The notes beneath the pieces are model-generated. The model saw nothing but the letters and a program-made list of their open reading frames with translations. It had not been told where the DNA came from and did no database searches. From Diplonema japonicum (taxonomy: Eukaryota > Protista > Euglenozoa: Diplonemea), in assembly GCA_964019335.1 (NCBI GenBank), contig OZ025682.1:186001-250000 (forward strand): a DNA stretch of 64,000 bases, written 5' to 3'. Position numbers and translations under genes: made by a program. Of the stretch, positions 19,440 through 29,844 are shown piece after piece (position 1 is the first letter of the stretch; each line of letters opens with the position of its first letter).

Positions 19440-20108
19440 ATGCCTGCCCTCAAACTTGTGTACTTCGAGCTCCCCGGACGTGCGGAACCTGCGCGACTCG
19501 CGTTCGCTGTGGGGGGTGTCGCCTTCGAGGACAAGAGGGTGTCTGGGGAGGAGTGGGGGATGAAGATCAAGCCGACTGTGGGACCGAAGCAGCTTCCGCT
19601 TCTGGATGTGGACGGGGAGGTGATAGGGCAGAGCAACGCGATCATGCGCTACGCGGGGAGTGTGTCGTCGTTGGGGGGAAAGCAGCTGTACCCGAAGGAG
19701 GCAGGGGAGGCGCTGAAGGTGGACGAGTTCTGCGACATTGTGGGGGAGGTGTTCGGTCCGCTCGGGAAGACCTTCGCGATCGAGGACGAGACTGAGAAGA
19801 AGGCGGCGCGGGCAGCGCTTGTGGCTGAGGGGGGCGACATCACGAAGTGGCTCGTCTTCATCGACTCCCTCCTCGCGAAGTCCTCCTCTTCGTCAGGGTT
19901 CGCTGTCGGGGACTCCCTCACCATGGCAGACATCTGCGTCTTCACCGGACTGCAGCCCCTGAAGTCCGGCTGGCTCGACGGGATCCCCAAAGACTGCCTC
20001 GACAACTACTCCCACATCACGAAGCACGCACAGATGATCGCGAACATCCCTCAGGTGAAGGCATACTACAAGGATGCAACAGGGATCCATGCCGTCTACA
20101 AGGCATGA
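19440..20108 (+). CDS. Sigma-like GST, copy 3
   Basis: Protein identical to 2776-3444. Confidence 0.92.
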   Translation: MPALKLVYFELPGRAEPARLAFAVGGVAFEDKRVSGEEWGMKIKPTVGPKQLPLLDVDGEVIGQSNAIMRYAGSVSSLGGKQLYPKEAGEALKVDEFCDIVGEVFGPLGKTFAIEDETEKKAARAALVAEGGDITKWLVFIDSLLAKSSSSSGFAVGDSLTMADICVFTGLQPLKSGWLDGIPKDCLDNYSHITKHAQMIANIPQVKAYYKDATGIHAVYKA

Positions 20109-20373
20109 TCGCTTGGTCTTTTGACAAGGTGGGGAAAGGGGGAAAAAAAGAACAAGAGAGTATTGGAATGGTGATGGTCACAAAAGGCTTCCTTCCTTTC
20201 TCTCTTGCCCCCCTCCCCTATTTTTTTTTGAAATAAGTAAAATGGAAGGCCACAAAGGCTTCCTTTTCTTGTCCTTTAAAAAGAGAAACGAAAACACAAA
20301 CCAAGATAAATTCTGGTGGGAAAAAAAAAAAAAAAAAAAAAAAAAAAACGAAACCTCTCTTCTTTCCGCGTGG

Positions 20374-20406
<33 letters not shown>

Positions 20407-20919
20407 GTTCTCTCGCATTTGAACATGCTTTTCCGCACTCCATCCTCTTTCTTCTATCTACTTCTATTATTTCTTGTTTTTGAACGCGCTACTGTGAATT
20501 CAACGAATAAAAGACAAACAGCAAAGGAGTCCATGGAACCACAACCCCCACCTTTCAACCTGTTCCCGGACCCCTCCATGTCCATGCAGGCGGGTGTGGA
20601 GGGGATATTCACCCACTACCTCTCACCACGCACTTCCTTGTTTGCAGCAACCCCCACCTTTCAACCTGTTAATCGACCACTCCATGTCCATGCAGGCGGG
20701 TGTGGAGGGGAGAGTCAACCTGGCAGGACTTTAAGAGCGACCACAGTCTCTGGCCTGTCTGTGTGGTGAAATCTCAGTCTGAAAGTTTAAACGATAAAGT
20801 TTCAGTCTCAAGAAGGCCTCGTCCTGAGCCACCAACAGACATAAAGACACAAAGGAGAACAACAACCACCACCACAAAGGGAGAAAAAAGAAAGAAGAAA
20901 AAAAAAAGTAAAAATTAAA

Positions 20920-21570
20920 ATGCCTGCTTCCGGTATCCTGTACGGCCACCCTGTGTCGCAGCCCTCGCGGTCGGTGCAGTGGTACCTCGACTACAGCGGG
21001 AACACAACTGTTGAGAGGAAGGTGGTAGATTTCATGATTGGAGAACAACGGCAGCCGGAGTACGTGGCGAAGTTCCCTGAGAAAGAAATACCAGGGTTCG
21101 AGATGGAGGACGGGTTCTGCTTTGCGGAGTCGATGGCGATCCTGAAGCACGTGTCTGCAGGGGACGAGACGATGCAGCCGCAGACGGCGAAGGAGGAGGC
21201 GATCTTGAACGAGTACCTCGGGCGCCACTACTCGCAGGTGCGGAAGTTCTCATCGGATGTGTTCGTCCACCACCTCCTGACGAAGGACGAGGAGAAGAAG
21301 CAGGCTGGGCTCGTCACCATCAAGCCGCAGCTGGAGGCCTACAACGAGAAGCTCGGGAAGCAGAAGTACATCCTTGGCGACAACCTCACCCTTGCGGACT
21401 TCCTGTTCGCCCCTGAGGTGGACCAGATGGAGGTTGTTGGGAAGGAGGTCCTGGCCCCCTACCAGAACATCCTGAAGTACCTTGAACGCCTCACCACCGA
21501 CGTCAAGGGTTACAAGGAGTGCATCGGGGGCATGAGGTCCGGACTTGAGGAGATGCTTAAAATGATGTGA
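20920..21570 (+). CDS. Theta-like GST, copy 3
   Basis: Protein identical to 4256-4906, but the 3' flank differs after 21598. Confidence 0.9.
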   Translation: MPASGILYGHPVSQPSRSVQWYLDYSGNTTVERKVVDFMIGEQRQPEYVAKFPEKEIPGFEMEDGFCFAESMAILKHVSAGDETMQPQTAKEEAILNEYLGRHYSQVRKFSSDVFVHHLLTKDEEKKQAGLVTIKPQLEAYNEKLGKQKYILGDNLTLADFLFAPEVDQMEVVGKEVLAPYQNILKYLERLTTDVKGYKECIGGMRSGLEEMLKMM

Positions 21571-22100
21571 TGATGTGCGTTCCGTGACAGGGCCTCCATC
21601 GAACGAGTTGTCTATCTGTGTTTCTTCTTCTTCTCCCCTCTCCCCTCCCTGAGATAAAATCGGGTGGTATTAGACACCTGTGAAAGGGCACAAAGAAAAT
21701 ATGTCTAGTTTCCCTCCTTATTTTTCCTTCAAAGATTGAATTATCCTTTGCTCTTAATTTACTTACAAAGGGGTCCACACCTCTATCCTGTGGATCCCAC
21801 CTCATTTCGTTCGATTTCGTCCCCCTTTTTTTCCCTCTCATTCTTTTCTTACCTCAGTGAGCACTCTTGCACACTGAAACTTTATCGTTTGAAAAAACTA
21901 CTTTTGGCTACATTTATCTCTCTTTGCCTTACCTTTTAGCCATCTCTTCGAAGGTGTCCCACTCCCTGGATTGATACCCTGCACGTTTTTATTCTGAATC
22001 TTGTTCTGAATAAAACCTCTTTTTTTCATTCATTTTAACTTCGATGAACCTCTTTTTAGCCCCCATTCAGGTTAATATCTTTCAAAAAAAAAAAAAAAAA

Positions 22101-23240
22101 ATGAAATTACTGCTCCTTGCATGCATCATCGCCCTCGCTGAAGGGCTCCGCCACCCAACTCTATGGAGTCTTGAGAAGCCCTGCAGCAGCGAGAAGAAGT
22201 GCAGGAATTGCGAGGGGAGGTGCGTGGAAGAAGAGACAGTGCAGTGCCTGAGGGACCCCTGCGAGGGCTCGCCATGCGGTGACAAGGAGATGTGCGTTGC
22301 GAACTCCTGCGGGGAGTGCAGCGCCTGCTGTCTGAAGCCGAAGAAGTGCAACAAGCGCTCGAAGACGTGCAAGGACGGGAGTGAGATCTTCAGGGACCCC
22401 TTCAACAACTGCAAGTACCCCAAGTGCCCTGTCCCCTCCTGCGCCCCGAAGGACAGCACCACATTCTACGACCCGAAAACTTGTGAGATCAGCCTCATTC
22501 AATGCGAGGAGGGCTTCGAGTACTGGGGCAATTCGGACTGTGGTTGTGGTTGCAAGCCGAAGGTTGAGATCCCTGCCTGCGCTCCGAGGGGCAGCACCTT
22601 CTTCTACGACCCGAAAACTTGTGAGATCAGCCTCATTCACTGCGAGGAGGGCTTCGAGTACTGGGGTAACCCGGACTGTGGTTGTGGTTGCAAGCCGAAG
22701 GCCCCTGCCTGCGCCCCGAGGGGCAGCACATTCTATGATCCCAGAACTTGCGAGATCAGCCTCATTCACTGCGAGGAGGGCTTCGAGTACTGGGGTAACC
22801 TCCCGGACTGTGGTTGTGGTTGCAAGCCGAAGAACCCTGCCTGCGCCCCGAAGGACAGCACATTCTACGATCCCAGAACTTGTGAGATCAGCCTCATTCA
22901 CTGCGAGGAGGGCTTCGAGTACTGGGGCAACCTCCCGGACTGTGGTTGTGGTTGCAAGCCGAAGAACCCTGCCTGCGCCCCGAGGGGCAGCACATTCTAC
23001 GATCCCAGAACTTGCGAGATCAGCCTCATTCACTGCGAGGAGGGCTTCGAGTACTGGGGCAACCTCCCGGACTGTGGTTGTGGTTGCAAGCCGAAGAACC
23101 CTGCCTGCGCCCCGAAGGACAGCACATTCTACGACCCCAGAACTTGTGAGATCAGCCTCATTCACTGCGAGGAGGGCTTCGAGTACTGGGGTAACCTCCC
23201 GGACTGTGGTTGTGGTTGCAAGCCGAAGATCGAGAACTAA
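22101..23240 (+). CDS. Secreted cysteine-rich repeat protein (379 aa, 6 x ~44-aa CGCGC repeats)
   Basis: Signal peptide MKLLLLACIIALAEG, a Cys-rich N-terminal region, then repeats of PACAP(KD/RG)STFYDPRTCEISLIHCEEGFEYWGNLPDCGCGCKPK. Confidence 0.88.
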   Translation: MKLLLLACIIALAEGLRHPTLWSLEKPCSSEKKCRNCEGRCVEEETVQCLRDPCEGSPCGDKEMCVANSCGECSACCLKPKKCNKRSKTCKDGSEIFRDPFNNCKYPKCPVPSCAPKDSTTFYDPKTCEISLIQCEEGFEYWGNSDCGCGCKPKVEIPACAPRGSTFFYDPKTCEISLIHCEEGFEYWGNPDCGCGCKPKAPACAPRGSTFYDPRTCEISLIHCEEGFEYWGNLPDCGCGCKPKNPACAPKDSTFYDPRTCEISLIHCEEGFEYWGNLPDCGCGCKPKNPACAPRGSTFYDPRTCEISLIHCEEGFEYWGNLPDCGCGCKPKNPACAPKDSTFYDPRTCEISLIHCEEGFEYWGNLPDCGCGCKPKIEN

Positions 23241-24180
23241 AGAAGAGTTCTTTTTTTCAAGGAAACAAGATTAAGAAGAAAAAGAAAAAACGGAAATTAA
23301 AATTCTGTTGATAACTCACTTTTTTTCTTCTTCTCAATTAGGCTTTTTTTTAATTTTATTTTTTGATACCTCATCTTATGAGACATCATCCGGATTAATT
23401 CATGAATAAGAACTATTCTCACTTAACCATCTACCAACGGACCATTTTTTGCCCACCAGGGGGGTAATTTTCCCGAATTAATTTCAAAAAAAAAAACTAT
23501 TCTAACGCAACCCCCGCCCCCCCCTTGGGATTTTGCAGAACTGCCCCCTCACCCTCGTTCGATAAAAAGAGAAAAGAAAGAAAAGGGAAAACAAAAAAAT
23601 GCGAGAATGATCTATTGGCTGTGTCTCGGATACTTGTCAATGTGTGATCGGTTCTGGACCGGATGGAATTTAAAAAAAAAAAAAGAAGAAGAAAAAGTAA
23701 AAACAAAAAGAGGGCGTAAAAGAACGATAAAGGAGCATACAATCAAGCGAACAAGGCAACATTTAGCTTAGGCCGAAGTTCCTTGTTTTCTTTTTTGTTG
23801 CATTTTCTTTCTCTTTTATTCTCTCTTTTTTCTTATTACTTCTTTTTTTTTTTTTTTGTCATACCGGTTCAAATGACCCACTCGCTTTTTTTTTTTTGTT
23901 TTATTTCCCATTCCTGCTTTGCTCTCCTTAAAAAGGTTCTCGACCATCCCTTTTCTTCCTCCCTCTCTTCAATACCCTGTTTTTCTATCTAAATATTCTC
24001 AGGCGTCAGTCTTAGACCCTCAAAGAAATATTTATCCAGATTTTAAGGGGTGACTTTTTATTTTATTCATTATTATTTTTTTTCTTTAAACCCTTGCATG
24101 CAAGTGCTCACCTCTTCACATATCAGGACTTTCCACACACAACAACAACAACAACAAACCTTTCACAAGAAGAAGAAAAA

Positions 24181-24801
24181 ATGATGACAAGAGCAGCTGT
24201 GATGTTCGCCCTTCTCGGGGTTGCGTCTGCTGGGACGGGGAGCGCTGCGAAGAAAACAGCAGGGGCTGCGGGGAGGCACGGCGGGAAGGCTCTCTGGGGC
24301 GGCGGCGGCGGGGGCTGGGGTCACCACCACGGGAAGATCGAGTTCACGACTTTCGCTGACGGGCGCCCCGACGGGGGGATCAGGCAGAGCGCTGACGTGG
24401 AGGACGGGTTGGACTCCCCTGGGGACGTGTTCGTCTTCGACCAGAAGCTCCTTGCGGACGACTCGACGACTGTGATCGGGAGGAATGCTGGGTACTGCAT
24501 CAGGACGGACCCCGGGAAGCCCGACTGGAGCGGGAAGGACCACCCCACCCTCCCCGACGACCCGGAGAACAACTGGGGCCAGTGCACCTGGACCCTCACC
24601 TTCTACGAGGGGGCCGGCTCCGGCTACGAGGGGACCCTCCAGGTCTCGGGGAGGGAGTCCGATGCAGGTGTCTCTGCTGTTTCCATCGTCGGCGGGACTG
24701 GCGACTTCAAGGGGGCCTGGGGAGAGCTCCTCACCAACCCGGAAAACCAAGCAGCTGGTGGCGTTCTCTTCAGGCAGGTCCTGGAGATCCGCTTGAACTG
24801 A
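24181..24801 (+). CDS. Secreted AOC/dirigent-like protein, paralog B copy 1 (206 aa)
   Basis: Signal peptide, a Gly/His-rich linker (WGGGGGGWGHHHGK), then the same core as paralog A including SIVGGTGDFKGAWG. Confidence 0.78.
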   Translation: MMTRAAVMFALLGVASAGTGSAAKKTAGAAGRHGGKALWGGGGGGWGHHHGKIEFTTFADGRPDGGIRQSADVEDGLDSPGDVFVFDQKLLADDSTTVIGRNAGYCIRTDPGKPDWSGKDHPTLPDDPENNWGQCTWTLTFYEGAGSGYEGTLQVSGRESDAGVSAVSIVGGTGDFKGAWGELLTNPENQAAGGVLFRQVLEIRLN

Positions 24802-25416
24802 GGAACAACAACAAAACAAAACTCAAACCCTTGTTTTACTTTCTCTTGTATTTTAAAATGAATAAAAAAAAAAAAGGGGGAGGTGAGGAGAAACAGAAAA
24901 AGCAACGACAACAAACAGAAACCTCTATCCAACAATTGTTTTTTTACTTCTTCTTTTCTTCTTCCCTTTTACCTTCAACCGTGCGACTGTCGCTGTTCCT
25001 TGAATCCTTGCTTTAATGGGGAATCCCTCCAACAGCATAAAAAAAGGGAAGACATGGAACGGCACACTCTTCTCCCTCTCTCATGTTGCCTTTTTTTTTT
25101 TTTTTTTTTTTAAACTTCTTATTTCTTTATTTTCTTTTGAAAGAAATTATGTTCCAATACTGAACGAAAAGTTTTTTGCGATCGCAAAGCACAGTAAGGC
25201 AAAACCAAGTGTTATTTTTCCCTGAAGGGCAGTCGATGACTCCTCTTGGGGGAACGAACACCGTTTTGTTCTTGTTGTGTCTTCTTTTTTTTTTTTTACC
25301 TTTTATTTTCTTATTTTGCCTTTCTTGCCATGACCAATTCTATTATCTCAAACATCCAAAACAAAAAGGAACCTCTTTCTTCACAAAACCAAAACAAAAA
25401 CAAAAACAAAAACAAA

Positions 25417-25983
25417 ATGTCAAAGACCTCACTTATGGTGTTGATGCTGGCAGGAGCGGCGCAGGGATTCGGAGGGTGGCACCGCCGCCACATCGAGTTC
25501 ACGACTTTCGCTGACGGGCGCCCCGACGGGGGGATCAGGCAGAGCGCTGACGTGGAAGACGGGTTGGACTCCCCTGGGGACATCTTCGTCTTCGACCAGA
25601 AGCTCCTTGCGGACGACTCGTGCAAGACTGTGATCGGGAGGAATGCTGGGTACTGCATCAGGACGGACCCCGGGAAGCCCGACTGGAGCGGGAAGGACCA
25701 CCCGAGCCTCCCCGACGACACCGAGAACAACTGGGGCCAGTGCACCTGGACCCTCACCTTCTACGAGGAGTCTGGCTACGAGGGGACCCTCCAGGTCTCG
25801 GGGAGGGAGTCCGACATGCACACCTCGTACGTCTCCATCATTGGCGGGACTGGCGACTTCAAGGGGGCCAAGGGGGTCCTCGCAACCACTCCCGAACCCC
25901 TCCCCCAGCAGGGCATCCTCTTCAGGCAGGAACTCGACATCACCCTCCCCAGGACCTCCTACTCAGGCTGGAGCGGAAACTGA
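25417..25983 (+). CDS. Secreted AOC/dirigent-like protein, paralog A copy 2
   Basis: Protein identical to 1738-2304. Confidence 0.78.
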   Translation: MSKTSLMVLMLAGAAQGFGGWHRRHIEFTTFADGRPDGGIRQSADVEDGLDSPGDIFVFDQKLLADDSCKTVIGRNAGYCIRTDPGKPDWSGKDHPSLPDDTENNWGQCTWTLTFYEESGYEGTLQVSGRESDMHTSYVSIIGGTGDFKGAKGVLATTPEPLPQQGILFRQELDITLPRTSYSGWSGN

Positions 25984-26531
25984 GAGTACTTCTTTGTGTC
26001 AACATGAAAAAAAAAGGAGAGGAAAACAGAAAAGCAATGACAGCAAACAGAAACCTCTATCCAACAATTGCTTTTTTACTTCTTCTTTTCTTCTTCCCTT
26101 TTACCTTCAACCGTGCGACTGTCGCTGTTCCTTGAATCCTTGCTTTAATGGGGAATCCCTCCAACAGCATAAAAAAGGAAGACATGGAACGGCACACTCT
26201 TCTCCCTCTCTCATGTTGCCTTTTTTATTTATTTATTTTACTTCTTATTTCTTTTTCTTTTTTCATTCGAAAGAACAATGTTCCAATACTGAAAAGAATT
26301 TTTAAATTGCGATCGCAAAGCAGGTACAAGCAACGACGTTTCCCTTTCCCTGAAGGGCAGTCGATGACTCCTCTTGGGAAAGGAAACGAACCGGTGTTTC
26401 TTCCTCTTTTTTTTATTTTTATTTCCCTTCTTTTTTTCCATTATTTTTTTCCCGTCTCTTCCCTCCCCCCCCACCACCTTTCCTCAAAAAGGAAAAAAAA
26501 TAAAAATTGTAAAAAAAAAAAAAAAAGAAAA

Positions 26532-27299
26532 ATGGACGACCCAAACCTCTCATTCATGAGCGAAGACTTGTTCGAAGGTTGGTCAGTAAAGTCAAGGGAG
26601 GTAAATTGGAGAGAGCAAAAAGCAGGAGTATGGGGTTTGGAACACAAAAGCGACAGTAAGAATGGACTTTGGGCCGAGGGGGTGTCGAAGTTGGATAACG
26701 GATACGGATTGAGAATAGGAGTATCTGCCAACGGGGGCGGTGCACAAGTAGACTCAAATGAAGGGTCATTTTGGTACAAAGAAGGAGACGTGGGATGCAA
26801 GGCTGAACTCAAAGAGCTTGGAACCACCGTGGAAAGCAATTTAGAAACGGCCACCTTTCTAACAAAACGCCAGCTTGACGAAAAATACCACCATGCTAAC
26901 ATAGCAGGGTTGCTGTCGTTGAAGCTCAAGGAGAAAACGATCTCTCAAGCAGGAATCTCAGTCCACGTCCCTGAAAAAGCGATAAAATTCCCGACTTACG
27001 TTAAATGCACAATGAACCCGCCTCAGGTCCACGTTTCATCTTTGTTACCAGAGACACCGGAGCGAACGCACGTTGTTGCACTGGGCACCGATGGTACCAT
27101 GGACGGCAGCTCCTTGTCGCTGCACAGCAACCACTCGTTTTCGTCTGTTAAGATGCACACGACCCTGTGCAGCGATGGTGTCTTCTCGATCGCTACCGTG
27201 TTCGAGAGGATTAGCGGGTGGAAGTTCACCACCGGGCTGTGCTTCAAGCAAACCCTGAAAAACCCGAGCGTGGGGGTAAACATCGTCCAGTTGGCGTGA
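26532..27299 (+). CDS. Hypothetical beta-strand-rich protein, possibly a divergent VDAC/porin-like barrel (255 aa)
   Basis: Alternating amphipathic strands. The C-terminus ...ISGWKFTTGLCF...SVGVNIVQLA parallels the adjacent porins' NGWRVAASY...KFGLRM. The ATG follows an A-run. Confidence 0.5.
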   Translation: MDDPNLSFMSEDLFEGWSVKSREVNWREQKAGVWGLEHKSDSKNGLWAEGVSKLDNGYGLRIGVSANGGGAQVDSNEGSFWYKEGDVGCKAELKELGTTVESNLETATFLTKRQLDEKYHHANIAGLLSLKLKEKTISQAGISVHVPEKAIKFPTYVKCTMNPPQVHVSSLLPETPERTHVVALGTDGTMDGSSLSLHSNHSFSSVKMHTTLCSDGVFSIATVFERISGWKFTTGLCFKQTLKNPSVGVNIVQLA

Positions 27300-27903
27300 G
27301 CTCGACTCGATATTTTGCCTACCGGCAGCAACTCGACACCAGACAGCGACCGCAGAATGGTGGCCGTGTAGTGTGGATTTCTTTCTATTTTTTTATTTTC
27401 TTACACCAGTCCTGTCTCTGGATCGTTGCGCTCCACGGCTTTGCACGTTTTTCCTGTTGATTCCTTTCAATTTGCCTGGCAGGCAATACAGACAAATGAA
27501 GTAGGAAACACGATTCACATACTCAGAGCTCGCATCTCTTGGACAACACATCTCTTTGCTGCGAGATTTGAGCCTTGAAAATGAGGCAACCGTTGAACAC
27601 CTGGGACAGGTTGCGAACCCCGTGCATGGGGCAAGGGTATCGTGTTCAATGTTTGTTTCCTCGCCTTTTCATCTTGTGACCGGCATTTGTATAACATTTG
27701 TCTTAGGGACGGCCGAAGCGCCAGAGGTTTCCAGAACCGAGCTCGGTGCGTGCCTACTGACCGAGAAGTCTCTGAAAGCTGGGCAGCATGCAGGGCAGGG
27801 TTTTGCCACGTCCCCGTCGTCGCCCTGCCAGCATGGTCGCTACTACCTGCTTGATTATCGGCTTGAACGGCCTCAGTGGGCCGCGTTACCCTTTCTGTTG
27901 ATT

Positions 27904-27941
<38 letters not shown>

Positions 27942-27971
27942 CACACACAGCCTCCCTTACTTACAAAGAAA

Positions 27972-29268
27972 ATGAAGAACGCTAGCAGCCCCCCTCACTT
28001 CCGCCTGTGGGCACCCACCGGTGAGCCCCTCCCTGCCATTGGTGCTGGGTTCGGGAAGGCCATCCTTGACCTCGAGGCCAAGTGGTACAACAAGGATGCA
28101 TGGAGGGTTGAGTCCTTCGTGAAGAGGGACAAGGACAGCCTCATGTGGATTGACCCCGCCGCATCGAAGGTATGTTTGTTTTTCCTGTTCTTTATTCTTT
28201 TGGTGAGCAACAGGATCCTGGAATGATTATCAATTTAATCCATAACTTTCACCTGATCTGCAAAACGAGCTGCGGGATAAACCTGTTTTAATAAACACAT
28301 CTGAGACTTGCAAATGACCACACGACCACCAAGAATCCCCTATTGTGGATTGTTGTCCCCCTCCGCCCCACTAACCACACCACTTCACAGGACTCGAAGA
28401 AGGCGTCTGTGTCTGGCACCGTTGGGTACGATGACATGGAGAGGAACATCAAGTACCGTGGCAAGACCGACGACAGCATGAAGCACACCTCCGAGCTTGC
28501 CTTCTCGAGGCCTGTCTGCTGCGGTGAGCAGAGGTTCAAGGTTGAAGTGAGCGGGAACCTTGTCTGCGAGAACGCAGCCCCCATCAACTTCCCTGCCTTC
28601 AACATCGCCAACCCCACCACGAAGGTCTTCTGGAAGGCGATGCTGAAGAAGTTCACCGCGGAGGCGATGATTGTGACCGGTAAGAGCGGTCCCACCACCC
28701 TGAACGCCTGGGTGCAGGGTGAGGTGAACGATGACCTCGCCTACGGGGCACTGGTGTGAACAACAACAACAACAACAACAAAAACAACACACCAACAGGC
28801 CCAGTACGACCTGAAGGAGAAGAAGGTGAAGCAGTTCGAGGGTGGTGTGCTGAACACCTTCAACCTTTCAAACGGTGTGCTCGCAACGAGGGCTGTGACC
28901 CGCAACCTCGACATCTTCGAGGGGTCTGTGATGCCGCCTGCGATGGAGGTGGCAGGGAAGAAGGTGTCCGTGATGGCGAAGGCGGCCCACACTGTGTCCT
29001 CTGGGAACACCGACATTGTCGTTGCCTCGGAGACCAAGGTGTGCCCCCGCATGGACCTGAAGGCTAAGGTGGAGTACCAGGGGCTCAAGGACCTCAAAAC
29101 CGCGTTCGCCGCTGTGTTCAGCGCTCCTGTATGTTGGACATGAAAGGGTTGGTGGAAATTTTATACACAACACAACAGAACGGCTGGAGGGTGGCAGCTT
29201 CGTACGCCATTGAGGACAACAAGTTCGGGCTCAGGATGGCGCAGGGCTCTACCCCTGCTCCTCTGTAA
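27972..29268 (+). CDS. VDAC: Mitochondrial porin (VDAC-like), paralog 1; exons 27972-28169, 28391-28753, 28799-29128, 29179-29268 (326 aa)
   Basis: Three phase-0 GT-AG introns restore one ORF. N-terminal FGKAILDLEAKWY resembles the VDAC helix; DLKAKV strand; C-terminal beta-signal KFGLRM. Confidence 0.78.
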
Positions 29269-29844
29269 GCAGGATAGTAAAGTTAGACAAAGAAAGACCG
29301 AGTGTAGGAAGGGACTTGCTATTGGTGGATTGGGTTAGAGAGAAACCTGAATGAGATTTGCTCAAAGCTTATTCTTCTTTTTTTCCAGCCAGTGTAATAT
29401 GAAAAGAACACCACCAACATTTCTTGTATTATAAAGAAGAAGGGGAAAGAGAAAAAAAAAGTTGATAAAAAAAAAAAACCACCTTGCCTGTCCTCCCTTG
29501 TCTTATTCCCCCCCGTTCTTGTTTGCACGGTTTCCATCAGCTTGGGCTGCTGGAAAGTAATTTTCTTACTGAACCCCTCCCCCCACCTCGCCAGCCCCTC
29601 CATTATTTTCCCCTTTTTCTTTTCTCCAAGACCAAAAGATTCGAAGTTCAGGCAGGAAAACAGGCTCTTTTTTTTTTTGCCTGTTTTTTTTCTCCCTGTA
29701 AGGAGTAACATCCTTTCCTTTGAACTCTATTTGGGCAAAAAAAATGGGGGTGTTCTTTTTCTTCATTCGTTCTTTTTTTTCTTATCACGGGGGGAGAAAT
29801 GACAAAAAACAAAACTAAAGGCGTGCTCTTCCCTCTTTACACAA

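Larger units (their letters stand above)
2737..21598 (+). repeat. Tandem amplification, 8,332-bp unit, about 2.26 copies (sigma-GST, theta-GST, SGNH hydrolase, MetE)
   Basis: All ORFs recur at +8332 and the GST pair again at +16664. Identity starts at cacaggcacc (2737/11069/19401) and ends at ggcctcca (21598). Confidence 0.97.
21300..25250 (+). repeat. Dispersed segmental duplication, copy 1 (partner about 45840-50315): theta-GST 3' half, Cys-rich gene, AOC-like B gene
   Basis: Near-identical coding and intergenic sequence at offset about +24,541 before the Cys repeats and about +25,074 after them. Boundaries are approximate. Confidence 0.92.

Noticed and set aside
21565-21655. Possible box C/D snoRNA (gtgatga ... 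ctga) after the theta-GST stop
   Set aside because: The C-box overlaps the tandem stop codons, there is no terminal stem, and the interior is a pyrimidine tract.
22430-23230. CRISPR-like or satellite array
   Set aside because: The repeats are contiguous in-frame coding units without unique spacers, in a eukaryotic context with no cas genes.
22161-23274. Long antisense and alternative-frame ORFs over the Cys-rich genes (also 46702-48346)
   Set aside because: They are a by-product of a stop-free tandem repeat. Only the Cys frame has a signal peptide and a coherent domain pattern.
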